This document shows positions 12,501 to 24,854 of a stretch of 64,000 nucleotides of DNA, one piece after another. The notes under the pieces are model-generated. The model was not told the DNA's origin and made no database searches. It worked only from the letters and a program-made list of their open reading frames with translations. The position numbers and the translations under genes were made by a program. How positions within the stretch are numbered: the stretch's first letter is position 1; each line of letters starts with the position of its first letter. Source of the stretch: Phyllobates terribilis (lineage: Eukaryota); contig NW_027362765.1 in NCBI RefSeq assembly GCF_046119375.1, positions 222,084,001 through 222,148,000 on the forward strand, written 5' to 3'.

Positions 12501-13484
12501 AAGTATCTCTAATTTTTACTTATCAGACTACTGTAAAGATTTGTATTAGATTTCTAGTGATCTAATGTCCAGTTCTTGTGTTGCTTGGCTCAAACAAGTC
12601 TCTTCTTCTCATCTGCAGTTCTAAATAGTGGCTTCTTTGCAGCAATTCTACCATTAAAAGCCTGCTTCTCGCAGTCTCCTTTTGACAGTTGATGTTGAGA
12701 TTTGTCTGCTACTTGATCTGTGGGCATCATTTATGAGGACTGTCATCTGAGATGCTATAAATTTGTGGTTTCTGAGTCTGGTAACTTTGATGAACTTATC
12801 CTCCGCAGAAGAGGTAATTCTGTCTTCCTTTCCTGGGGCAATCTTCATGTGAGCCAGTTTCATCATTGCAATTGATAGTTTTCATGACTGCACTTCAGGA
12901 CACCTTCAAGGTTCTAGCAATGATCTGGATAGGCTGACCTTCATGTCTTGAAGTAGTAATGAACTGTCATTTCTCCTTACTTAGTTGAGTGTCTTTTGCT
13001 ATATTTTGGCTTAGACATGTTATGGAATAGAGCCCAGCACTGTATTTAACTGTGTAAAAACACTGCCTTTGCAAACTACACCTGATGGTTGCAAACACTT
13101 TCTGAAGGCTGGTGATTCCACAAATTAACTCTTCATGACTACCTGATGAAACAGCTTGAAAGAATCCCAAGAGTACGTAAAGCTGTGATCAAAGTAGAAG
13201 GGTAGTACTTTGAGGAATCTAAGGTGTATAGGGGTTGACCACTTTCTCTTTGTAGAACAGCTTTTCCTCTCAAGAACACTTCTGTCCATACAATGGCTAC
13301 TGATGGAGGAGCATGGGGCCAGAACTGTCCATCAGACTCCTGCAATAGAAAAGCAGCTTTTCCTAGTAGTTTATAATTGGAAGAGGCTGATGATCTTGTC
13401 ACATGGCTTTAAACTAGCAGCTATATTATGGACAGATGCGCTGCTTACTTAGTGAGGAATGGTTTCTTTACTCCTTGTTTCTAT

Positions 13485-13616
13485 NNNNNNNNNNNNNNNN
13501 NNNNNNNNNNNNNNNNNNNNNNNNNNNNNNNNNNNNNNNNNNNNNNNNNNNNNNNNNNNNNNNNNNNNNNNNNNNNNNNNNNNNNNNNNNNNNNNNNNNN
13601 NNNNNNNNNNNNNNNN
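13485..13616. other. Assembly gap (132 N)
   Basis: Run of N. Confidence 1.
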
Positions 13617-13656
13617 GGTTCTCCATAGCAGTTGCTGAGCCCCAATTGGCTATTAA

Positions 13657-14380
13657 CCCCTTCATGACCGGAGCATTTTCCTTTTTTGTGTTTTAGTTTT
13701 TTGCTCCCCTTCTTTCCAGAGCCAGAACTTTTTTATTTTTTGTTCAATATGGCCATGTGAGGGCTTATTTTTCGCGGGGCGAGTTGTACTTTTAAACGAC
13801 ATCACTGGTTTTACCATATCGTGTACTGGAAAACGGGGAAAAAAATCCAAGTGGGGGGTGATTTAAACTTTTATATATTTTTTATATTTTTAAAAACATT
13901 TTTTTTTACACTTTTTGCTTGCTTCAATAGTCTCCATAGGAGACTAGAAGCAGCAATTACATGATCGCATCTGCTACATAGAGGAGATGAGCAGATAGCT
14001 TTTATGTAGTAGATATGCTCCTGTGCTATGAGCGCCAACCACTATGTGGTCATAGCAATCTTTACATGACAACCACAGGGGTCTGCTGCAGACTCCAGGT
14101 TGTCATGCCCACGCATCGGTGACCCGCGATCCATGGGCTGGGTAAGTGACGGGCTTCCGGCGCGGCACTGTTAAATGCCGCTGTCAGAGATTGACAGCGG
14201 CATTCAGCTAGTTAACAGCCGCGGGTGGATCGCGATTCCACCCGCTGCTGTTGCGGGCACATGTCAGCTGTATAAATCAGCTGACATGTGCCCTGTTCAG
14301 TGCGGGTTCAGTGCCGGAGCCCGTGCTGAACAGGGGGTGCCGATGTGGTGCGTACTATTACGTACCACATCGGAAAGAGG
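13657..14380. mobile_element. piggyBac-like non-autonomous element
   Basis: TTAA|CCCCTTCATGACC...CGGAAAGAGG|TTAA, with subterminal hairpin CGATGTGGT..ACCACATCG. Confidence 0.7.
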
Positions 14381-14695
14381 TTAAAATCACTTTTTCTTTA
14401 AATGGAATGCTGCTTTCATTTTTTAATTTTATATATATATATATATATAAAATTAAAAAATGAAAGCAGCATTCCATTTAAAGAAAAAGTGATTTTAACC
14501 TCTTTCCGATGTGGTACGTAATAGTACGCACCACATCGGCACCCCCTGTTCAGCACGGGCTCCGGCACTGAACCCGCACTGAACAGGGCACATGTCAGCT
14601 GATTTATACAGCTGACATGTGCCCGCAACAGCAGCGGGTGGAATCGCGATCCACCCGCGGCTGTTAACTAGCTGAATGCCGCTGTCAATCTCTGA
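14184..14695. repeat. Perfect spacerless palindrome, 2 x 256 bp, centred on (AT)9
   Basis: TCAGAGATTGACAGC...GCTGTCAATCTCTGA. No mismatch seen by eye. The ORF track gives identical peptides on both strands (14251-14463 + and 14416-14628 -). Confidence 0.95.
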
Positions 14696-14925
14696 TATAT
14701 ATATATACACCTATATATGCATACACACATATAAATATATATATATAATATATATATACACTGCTCAAAAAAATAAAGGGAACACTTAAACATCAGAATA
14801 TAACTCCAATTAAATCAAACTTCTGTGAAATAAAACTGTCCACTTAGGAAGCAACACTGATTGACAATCAATTTCACATGCTGTTGTGCAAATTGAATAG
14901 ACAATAGATAGAAATTATAGGCAAT

Positions 14926-16184
14926 TGTGGCGCCCCTGAGGGTTCAGTCGCCACAGAGGTACTGCACCTCACCCAGAGGTGTGGTGTCTCCTTTTCTCAG
15001 GTAAGGAGGGAGTGCTGCCCGGAACCCCAACACCTGCATCCAACATTACACTGCTCCAGGCCGGCTGGAAGGGCAAAATGCAATGTGTTTTCCTGCTGAG
15101 CCCTGTCCATGGCTGGAGTGGAGGGAACCCAGAGGTAGGGGGAACCAGTAGTGGGTGTGGGTGGAGGAAGCAGTTTAGGGGAGCACTATAGAAGGAGGCA
15201 TAAAATGGGAAGCCATTTTAGGGAGGTGAGAACAGTAGTGAGAGGACAGTTCAGAAGAACAGTCTGGGAGCAGAGTCTCAGTAGGAGCTCTGCTCCACAA
15301 CTAGGGCCTAGTGTCAGAGGCCCAGGAGGGGAGCAGGGAGTAGGCTCCGTTCTGTTGAAGGGATCCTCGGGGGTACGGTGAGTGCAGGACGTCACCCGTA
15401 CGCCCCGAATCTGTCAGAAGACAGAGGGATCGTAGGCCGCAAGAAGGGGACCGGCCCCTGGCCCAGTCGTGTACTTCAAGTCTCGGCTGGAAAAACCGAA
15501 GGCTCCTGGCTTATAAAGTCAGTTGCCGAAGCCTCGTTCTAATCCCCATGAGGGTCAAGCAGGTCTGTGAACTCCGACGGACAGGAGGGACTTCAGAGCA
15601 CCCGAGCAGGATTCAGAGTGGGGAAGCGCAGGGCAGGAGGGAGAAAGACCCAGCGTGAAGACGGTCTAGCTAGGAACACGAGAAAGTGGGGTTCTGTCAG
15701 GTACACCTAACCTGCCTGAGGAAGTGCTGAACCCCTGCCTGGTGAACGCAGCGCGGCGTGGGAGGCTGACACCTGTACAGTGCACCAGTGGAACTGTCAT
15801 AAGAACTGTGAGTAAAAAACTCGGATGATTGCACCGCACTGCCTCCGTCCATTCTTTAATCTGCACCATCGTTCCCTCTCTGCACTACAATGCCCAGCGC
15901 AACCACCATTTTCCTACACTGCCCTGGAGCTTGCTCTACCTGTGGAGAGCCACACCACCCCTGCTGCCGTAACACCAGCTCCAGAGGACTGCTCAGCAGC
16001 GGCGTCTCCTTTTGGCCGCAATCCACAGGTGGCATCACGAACAATCCCAAAAACCCCATATAAAAGTACCCCCCTTTGCACTGACCGCCCTGGGTCACGG
16101 ACCGGGCCAGCCACCGTCATACTCCCCTACCGGCATACACAGAGGCCCGGCTGCCGAGTACCCCATGGCCCTGGGGGCGCGTCA
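14926..16184 (+). mobile_element. Solo LTR A (1259 bp), long-LTR Gypsy family
   Basis: TGTGGCGCCCC...GGGGGCGCGTCA with 4-bp TSD CAAT. Removing it restores the Tc1 5' UTR. Same terminal motifs as 47660 and 48735. Confidence 0.88.
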
Positions 16185-17666
16185 CAATTATCAAGACACC
16201 CTCAATAAAGGAGTGGTTCTGCAGGTGGGGACCACAGACAAAATCTCTAATGCTTTCTGGCTTATATTTTGGTCACTTTTGAATGTTGGTTGTGCTTTCA
16301 CACTCGTGGTAGCATGAAACGGACTCTACAACCCACAGAAGTTGCTCAGGTAGTGTAGCTCATCCAGGATGGCACATCAATGCGAACTGTGGCAAGAAGG
16401 TTTGCTGTGTCTGTCAGTGTAGTGTCCAGAGGCTGGAGGCGCTACCAGGAGACAGGCCAGTACACCAGGAGACGTGGAGGGGGCCGTAGGAGGGCAACAA
16501 CCCAGCAGCAGGACCTCTACCTCCGCCTTTGTGCAAGGAGGAACAGGAGGAGCACTGCCAGAGCCCTGTAAAATGACCTCCAGCAGGCCACAAATATGCA
16601 TGTGTCTGCACAAACGGTTAGAAACCGACTCCATGAGGGAGGTATGAGGGCCTGACGTCCACAGATGGGGGTTGTGCTCACAGCCCAACACCGTGCAGGA
16701 CGCTTGGCATTTGCCACAGAACACCAGGATTGGCAAAGTCGCCACTGGTGCCCTGTGCTCTTCACAGATGAAAGCAGGTTCACACTGAGCACATGTGACA
16801 GACACCACAGACTGTCCAGGAGTTGGCGGATGCTTTAGTCCAGGTCTGGAAGGAGATCCCATAGGAGACCATCCGCAACCTCATCAGGAGCATGCCCAGG
16901 CATTGGAGGGAGGTCATACAGGCACGTGGAGGCCACACACAATACTGAGCCTCATTTTGACTTGTTTTAAGGACTTTACATCAAAGTTGGATCAGCCTGT
17001 ATTGTGTTTTTCCATTTTAATTTTGGTGACTCCAAATCCATCCATGGTTAATAAATCTGATTTCCATTGATGATTTTTGTGTGATTTTGTAATGTTCACA
17101 TGTCCACCATTTAAACTATGCTCCTATAGACATGACATGAGAACTATAGTATTTAAGACGTAGAATTTATTATTAGAATAGATTAAAATCACATAAAAAA
17201 ATCACAAAAAAGGGAAGAGGACCACATAGCAGAGAAGATCAGACTAGGGGGTATAGATAAATAAATACAATCGATAAAAACATCCCATGGGCACCATTCA
17301 TGTATTAACCTCTAATAGGCACTGTTCATGACAATATACCACTGCCCCACAGATATATCTTTAAATGCCTCTTATAGAGAAGTGTGGAGAGAGTATATAT
17401 ATATATATATATGTAAAAAGCTTAGTGCATACAGCCCCACTCTCCACCTTACTCCATAAACCTCCAACACAGAGAACTATGGCATATATAAAGTGCTTGA
17501 TGCAAATAACGGCAAAATTGTAATCAGTTAACAGGTCACATTAGATATTACTATCATAATAACATATTGAGAAGGTGAAATGAAGATGCATGGTATAAAG
17601 TGTTACTAACCCCTGAGTGCTGATGGGATCCAACGCGCGTTTCGCCACTGCCTTTAACGAGGATAT

Positions 17667-20600
17667 TGTTATGATCTGCAACATAAACTAAGGAAAGATA
17701 GGGAAAACTGTCCCTACAGTAAGACTAAGCTGAATCCCTACGATGTAGCGGGCAGCCTGTTCCTTGTGAACAGACCTGCCTTCGTCCTCGGTTAGTCTGA
17801 ACGGAGACTTATAGAATAAAGGGAGGGGTCCCTAAAGAACTAAGGACTGGGACAAAAATGGGACACCTCCTAACAGAAGTTGTTGCAGAGCAAAAAGACA
17901 AACTGACAAAAAGTACTAGAGGTCCCAGAGGACCAAGCAAACTAGACAGAGATAGGCACCGAAACACCTGGCTAGAGAGACAGGCAAAAAACACTGAAGT
18001 CCAGCAAAGCCAGAAGGGCGGAGCTGGAATATATAGGCAGCTGGTCACGTGACCGCAAAACACAAGATAGCAAAAAGTAACAGGAGGGTTCTAACAGTAC
18101 CCCCTCTTCTATGAGGATCCTCCAGATCCTCCAGGCCCAGGCCTATCAGGAAACCTCCTGTGAAAAGCTTTAACAAGCCTAGGAGCAGAGACATCATCCG
18201 TCCTTACCCAGGAGTTGTCTTCGGGACCGAAACCCTTCTAGGAGACAAGATACTGTAATATCCCTCTATGCCATCTTGAATTCAAAATACGAGAAATTTC
18301 ATATTCACCGTCTTCCACCACAGGAGGAACTGTGACAGTGGCGTCCCTATTAGAAACGTCAGCCTTTTTCAACAAGGAAACATGAAACACAGAATTAATC
18401 TTTGAGGAAGTAGGGACATCCAACCTGACAGCAGATGAGTTAACAACCTGAAGCACTTTAAATGGACCCACAAACTTAGGACCCAGTTTTTTAGAGGGAA
18501 TCCTCAACCGCAAGTTCTTCAAGGACAACCAAACCATGTCACCCACAGTAAACAAAACCTCTTTACGTTTCCTGTCAAAATACTTCTTGGACTTCTTGTT
18601 AGCCTCTTGAAGGTTACAACGTACATTAGTCCAAACTCTCTCCAAATCACCGGAAAAATTCTCCTCCTCCGGTACCGCCGACCCCAATTTGGAAAACGAA
18701 CCAAAAGACGGATGTCTCCCAGTGCAACAAAAAAAAGGAGAACACCCAGCAGAGGAGGATGTATGATTGTTAAGAGCAAATTCTGCGAGAGGCAGAAACT
18801 CAGATCACACCTCTTGATTGTCCGCCACAAAACAACGCAAAAACTGTTCAGCATCCTGGTTCTTTCTTTCAGTCTGTCCATTAGACTCAGGATGATAACC
18901 AGACGAAAATGACAAATTGACTCCCAACCTGTCACAAAAAGCACACCAAAAGCGAGCCACAAACTGAGGTCCTCTATCAGAAACAATATCCGTGGGAATG
19001 CCATGGAGCTTGACAATCTCCTTAACAAACGCCTTAGCGAGTGTCTTGGCGCAGGGCAACTTAATGAATGGAACCAAATGACGCATCTTACTAAAACGGT
19101 CTACGACCACCCAGATGACAGTAAAACCCTCAGACACTGGAAGATCAGTAATAAAATCCATTGTGAGATGCGTCCAAGTCGCACTAGGAACCTCCAGAGG
19201 GCAAAGCAACCCCGCAGCAGGAGTATGTGAAGCCTTTGACCTAGCACACACCTTACATTAACGCACCCACTTGATGACTTCCTTCTGCCATCCAGGCCAC
19301 CAAAAACTGAGACTGATAAGTCTCTTAGTCTCCGAGACTCATGACACTCCACAAACAAATCTCTCCTAAAGGCTCTAGGCACGAACAACCTCCCATGGGG
19401 AGTGTTAGATGGAGCATCATCTTGAGCATTCAGAATCCCATTCTCCAAATCGGAGTCCAATGCCGCCACCACAACTCCTTTCTGCAAAATGCTTTCCTCC
19501 TCCTCGGCACCGACCGTAGGAGAGAAGCTGCGAGATAAAGCATCGGCTTTAACATTCTTAGTACCAGGGATATAGGTAACAGAAAAATGAAACCGAGGAA
19601 AAAAAAGTGCCCACCTAGCTTGACGGGCATTCAAGCGCTTGGCAGCATCCAGATAGATCAAATTCTTATGATCTGTGAAAACCTGAATAGGAAATCTAGC
19701 GCCTTCCAAAAAATGACGCCAGTGTTCAAACGCAAGTTTAATAGCCAGCAACTCCCGATTTCCAACATCATAATTCAGTTCGGTTTCTGAAAATTTTTTC
19801 GAAAAGAAGGCACAAGGATGTACTCCACCCTTGTTCTCCTGAGATAAAACTGCTCCGACCCCCACCGATGAAGCATCGACCTCGACCAAAAAAGGTTTGG
19901 TCTCATCAGGCTGTATAAGGATAGGGGCAGTACTGAACCTCTCTTTGAGATACTCAAACGCTTCAGTGGCTTCAGTAGTCCACTGGGCCGTATTCGCACC
20001 TTTCCTGGTGAGATCGGTAAGAGGTTTAACAATTACAGAAAAATTCTTAATGAATTTCCTGTAATAATTGACAAAACCCAAAAACCTCTGTATAGATTTC
20101 AAACCAATAGGCCTAGGCCATTCCTGCACAGCCTGAACCTTCACAGGGTCAATCTCAAAGCCCTCGCTGGAGACAATGTAGCCCAAAAAAACTAATTTTC
20201 TGCACAGCGAACTCACATTTCTCCAGCTTAGTAAAGAGTGAATTGTCACTCAATAACTGCAAAACTTCACGTACACTCTGCCAATGGGACTCTAGATCTG
20301 GTGAATAAATCAAAATGTCATCCAAATACACAACCACATTCTTACCAATCAAAGGTCTCAGGATATCATTAATAAGGTTCTGAAAAAATGCAGGTGCATT
20401 GGTAAGACCGAAGGGCATCACCAGATTCTCAAAATGACCTACCAGAGTGTTAAAAGCAGTTTTCCATCCATCACCCTCCTTCACACGTAACAAATTGTAT
20501 GCCCCTCGGAGATCAATTTTTGAGAACCACTTAGCTCCCACTAACTGGTTAAACAAGTCAGGAATTAATGGCAATGGGTAGGAATTGCGTACGGTAATCT

Positions 20601-22638
20601 TATTAATTTCACGAAAATCCAGACATGGACGTAAACCACAGTCCTTTTTTTTAACAAAGAAGAATCCGACTGCCACAGGCGACTTAGAAGGTCTAATGTG
20701 ACCAGCAGCCAGGCTAGTCTCTATGTACTCCTCCAAGGCCTTTCTTTCAGGGATAGTCAGATTAAACAAGCGACTTTTGGGAAGAGTAGCACCTGGAACA
20801 AACTCAATGGCGCAATCATAATCCCTATGAGGAGGTAAAACTTGCGACTCCTCCTCTGAAAAAACCCTCCAAAAATCTTGAATAGGTACTGGTAATTCCC
20901 CTTTTTCCACAGCTGCAATGCGACCATTACAACATTTATCATAGCACTTCGGACTCCAAGACTTAATCACATTAGTAGACCAGTCCAACAAAGGATTGTG
21001 CAGTTTTAACCAAGGCAATCCTAGAACAACTGGAGAGGGCAAATTATCCAAAACAACCAAGTCCAAAATTTCTTGGTGATCTCCATTGATAGTGAGAGGA
21101 AATGCAGCAGTCTTGTGAGTAATACATTTCAAAGGAATGTTATCAATTGCAACCACAGAAATAGGAGATGACTAACGTTTGGATTTCAATTTAAGTTTTT
21201 CCAAAAACCCTTTATCAATCACATTAAGTGTTGAACCACAATCCACAAATACCTGAAATTCAATCAAATCTCCCTGCAGAGTAGTACACCCAGAAAGGAA
21301 CACTCCTGCAGAGCGTAAACAAGCTATACGGGCGTAACTGACCTTTTTTTTTTTTCTTTAATTAAACGACACTCACAATACTTAATCAAATGATCAGCTT
21401 TACCACAATAAAGACACAAACCTTCGGCGAATCTCCGATCTTTTTCTTGAGAGCGGAGTGACATTGCCCCAACCTCCATTGGTTCTCCGCTGTCACAGCA
21501 GATTTTCTGGAAACTAGGACCTGAAGTTACAGGAGTTTTTACATCATTGACCCTGGACCTTATTCTCCTGTCCACACGAACAGCTAACTGCATAGCTTCC
21601 TGAAGAGTCTCAGGTGCAGGGAATGCAATTAGCAAATCCTTAACCCTTTCACTCAGACCAGCAAGAAATAAACTTTTCAGCGCCGAATCATTCCACTTAA
21701 CTTCTGAAGCCCATCTCCTGAAGTGTGTGCAATAAATTTCAAAATCATCTGACCCCTGATTCAAACATCTAAGTTCTGATTCAGCAGATGAGATTCGATC
21801 AGGATCGTCATATAATAGCCCATAGCAGAAAAAAATTCCTCAACAGAACTTAAACACGGATCATTAGGTTGGAGAGAAAAGGCCCACCCCTGTGGTCCTT
21901 TGCGCAAAAGTGACATAATAAAACCAATGCGCTGTGATTCATTCCCAGAGGACCTCGGTCTCAAACGAAAATATAACAAACAAGCATTTTTAAAGGAAAA
22001 AAAATCTTGCTGTTTACCATAAAAAATATCAGGCAGTCCTACCTTCGGTTCCACAAAATGCGCTCCAGGACAGCTACTCACGTGTTGCTGAAGCTTGGCC
22101 ACCTCCAGAGACAATCCCTGCAGGCGTTGAACCAACTCCTGGATGGAAACCATATTGATCCCCGAATTTCTTTCCTTTTAGTTTTTTTTTTTTTTTTGGG
22201 GCTGGACTTACTGTTATGATCTGCAACATAAACTAAGGAAAGAATAGGAAAAGCTGTCCCTACAGTAAGACTAAACTGAATCCCTACGATGTAGCGGGCA
22301 GCCTGTTCCTTGTGAACAGACCCGCCTTCGTCCTCGGCTAGTCTGAACGGAGACCTATAGAATAAAGGGAGGGGTCCCTAAAGAACTAAGGACTGGGACA
22401 AAAATGGGACACCTCCTAACAGAAGTTGTTGCAGAGCAAAAAGACAAACTACTAGTACTAGAGGTCCCAGAGGACCAAGCAAACTAGACAGAGATAGGCA
22501 CCGAAGCACCTGGCTAGAGAGACAGGCAAAAAACACTGAAGTCCAGCAAAGCCAGAAGGGCGGAGCTGGAATATATAGGCAGCTGGTCACGTGACCGCAA
22601 AACACAAGATAGCAAAAACTAACAGGAGGGTTCTAACA
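17667..22638 (-). mobile_element. Full-length Ty3/Gypsy chromovirus (Tf1/sushi group), degraded
   Basis: LTRs 17667-18096 and 22212-22638 (about a dozen differences including small indels), 5-bp TSD GATAT, PPT AGAAGAGGGGGTAC next to the 3' LTR. Confidence 0.97.
18109..22153 (-). pseudogene. gag-pol: gag-pol (Gag, CCHC knuckle, protease, RT, RNase H, integrase, chromodomain), several frameshifts and stops
   Basis: ORF pieces contain [75 protein letters not shown]. Confidence 0.95.
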
Positions 22639-24442
22639 GATATGATGCGAAACCACTGACGTGAATATTTAAGAGGAGCCTGACCAATCCTGAGCGTCCA
22701 TCAAATTAAATATGTGATCATGTGAGAAGTGTTTTTATTATATTGCATGGCACCATGCTATGGTGAGCCGATCGTGGCATCAATGTGAGAGCTGCGTCTA
22801 GTTTAAGCGCAGCATCTCACTAGGAGGCAGCGACGGTGTGCGTCTCACTGTGGACCGCATAAAGCGGAAGTGACATCACGGTTCCCCGGGAACCGGAAGA
22901 TCGCTGTGCGTTCCACCGTGGAACGCAAAAGAAAGAACGAACACGTGAGAACAGAAAGAGGGAGTTCCCCACCCGGGAGGTGAGTATGCGTTCCGCAGCC
23001 CTAGTGAGTGTGAACATGACTGGGGACAGTTATTTCTAGAATAATTACAGAAAGACACTAGTGCACTGTTAAGAATCAATAATTAAATAGTAAGAGCATT
23101 AGTGACATCTCAAAAAGCAATAAATAATCAAAATGAGTGATGAAATATATCATATACATTTACATTCAACCCTATGTATTGTGATTATACATTCAACTTT
23201 GTACTGAACAAAGTATTCAATGAGAATATTTCATTCATTCAGATCTAGGATGTGTTATTTGAGTTTTCCCTTTATTTTTTTGAGCAGTGTATATACACAT
23301 ATATAAATATATATATTTATATATAATATATACAGTGGTGTGAAAAAGTGTTTGCCCCCGTCCTGATTTCTTAGTCTTTTGCATGTTTTTCACACTTTAA
23401 TGTTTCAGATCACAAAACAAATGTAAATATTAGACAAAGATAACACAAGTACACACATAATGCAGTTTTTAAATGAAGGTCTTTATTATTAAGCGAAAAA
23501 GAAATCCAAACCTACAGGGCCCTGTGTGAAAAAGTGATTACCGTCTAAACCTAATAACTGGTTGGACCACCCTTAGCAGCAGCAACTGCAATGAAGTGTT
23601 TTCAATAACTGGCAATGAGTCTTTTACAATGCTCTGGAGGAATTTTGGCCCACTCATCTTTGCAAAATTGTTGTAATTCAGCCACATTGGAAGGTTTCCG
23701 AGCATGAACTGCCCTTTTAAGGTCATGCCACGGCATCTCAATCGGATTAAGGTCAGGACTTTGATTAGGCCACTCCAAAGTCTTTTTTTTAAGCCATTCA
23801 GAAATTTGCTGGTGTGTTTTTGATCATTGTCCTGCTGCATAACCCAAATGCGCTTCAGCATGAGGTCACGAACAGGTGGCCGGACATTCTCCTTCAGGAT
23901 TTTTTGATAGACTGCAGAATTCATGGTTCTATTCACACAGCAAGTGTTCCAGGTCCTGAAGCAGCAAAACAGCCCCAGACCATCACACTACCACCACCAT
24001 ATTTTACTATTATACTGTGTTACTTCTACGCCAGATGTAATATGACATACATTACACCTTCGAAAAATTTAAACTTTTGTCTCGTCAGTCCACAGAGTAT
24101 TCTCCCAAAAGTCTTGGTGAGCATCAAGATGTTTTCTGGCAAAACTGAGACGAGCCTTTATGTTCAATTTGCTCAGCAGTGCTTTTCATCTTGGAACTCT
24201 GCCATACATGCCATTTTTGCCCAGTCTCTTTCTTACGGTGGAGTCATGAACACTGACCTTAACTGAGGCAAGTGAGGTCTGCAGCTCTTTGGATGTTGTT
24301 GTGGGGTCTTTTGTGACCCTTTGGATGAGTCGTCACTGTGCTCTTGGGGTAATTTTGGTCGGCCTGCCACTCCTGGGAAGGTTCTGTTAGAACCTTGCTC
24401 TTAGGTTTTTTTTCCTTTGCTGGTCACATGACCTTGTTGGCC

Positions 24443-24481
24443 TATTTAAGCCTGCTCCGCCCTTCTGGCTTTGCTGGACTT
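24443..24481 (+). promoter_or_regulatory. LTR TATA box and predicted self-primer at the transcript 5' end
   Basis: TATTTAA at 24443. GCTGGACTT 30 nt downstream is complementary to AAGTCCAGC (24809-24817) just after the 5' LTR. Confidence 0.65.
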
Positions 24482-24854
24482 CATTGTATATCTACTTTCT
24501 AGCTAGCCTGTGCTCTGTGTCTTGCTCTGTTAGTTTGCTTGGTCTACTGACCTCTATGTTCTATATATTTTGTTTGTTCGTCTGTCTGCTACTATTTCTG
24601 TTAGGAGGTGTCCCATATTCCTCCCAGTCCTTAGTACTTGTAGGGATTCCTTCCCCACATCTATAGGTCTCCGTACAGACTAGCTTAGGACTTTAGCAGG
24701 TCTGATCGCAGGATCAGGTTCCCTGTTACATCGTAGGGATTAAGCTGAGTTCTATCGTAGGGACAGATCTCCTCTCTTTCCTTAGCTCTGGTAGCAGAAT
24801 ATAACAGTAAGTCCAGCCAGCAAATTCTCTAAGGAAAGATTTTTCTGTTCCATC

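Larger units (their letters stand above)
10308..13240 (-). mobile_element. Old degraded Tc1 element (relative of 34172-35794) carrying two nested MITEs
   Basis: Terminus resembling CAGTACAGACCAAAAGTTTGG at 10308. C-terminal and QDNDPK relics at 11110-11440, N-terminal ORF RITSSAEDKFIKV..STVKRRLREAG at 12654-12866, inner part of the other long TIR at 13135-13240. Confidence 0.7.
17095..23160. mobile_element. Non-coding retroelement relic (possibly Penelope-like), split by the Gypsy at 17667-22638
   Basis: Interrupts the Tc1. Carries CAACGCGCGTTTCG (minus strand CGAAACGCGCGTTG), typical of Penelope-like termini. No coding motif recognised. Confidence 0.35.
14759..23289 (+). mobile_element. Tc1 element (same family as 2516-4094), internally deleted and split by nested insertions
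   Basis: Left TIR at 14759, transposase start ~16314 ([14 protein letters not shown]) with stops and a deletion at ~16805, right TIR ..CCCTTTATTTTTTTGAGCAGTG ending 23289. Confidence 0.85.

Noticed and set aside
13135-13240. Apparent inversion of a transposase C-terminus
   Set aside because: Explained by the long TIR of this Tc1 family, which includes the ORF end (see 34172-34440).
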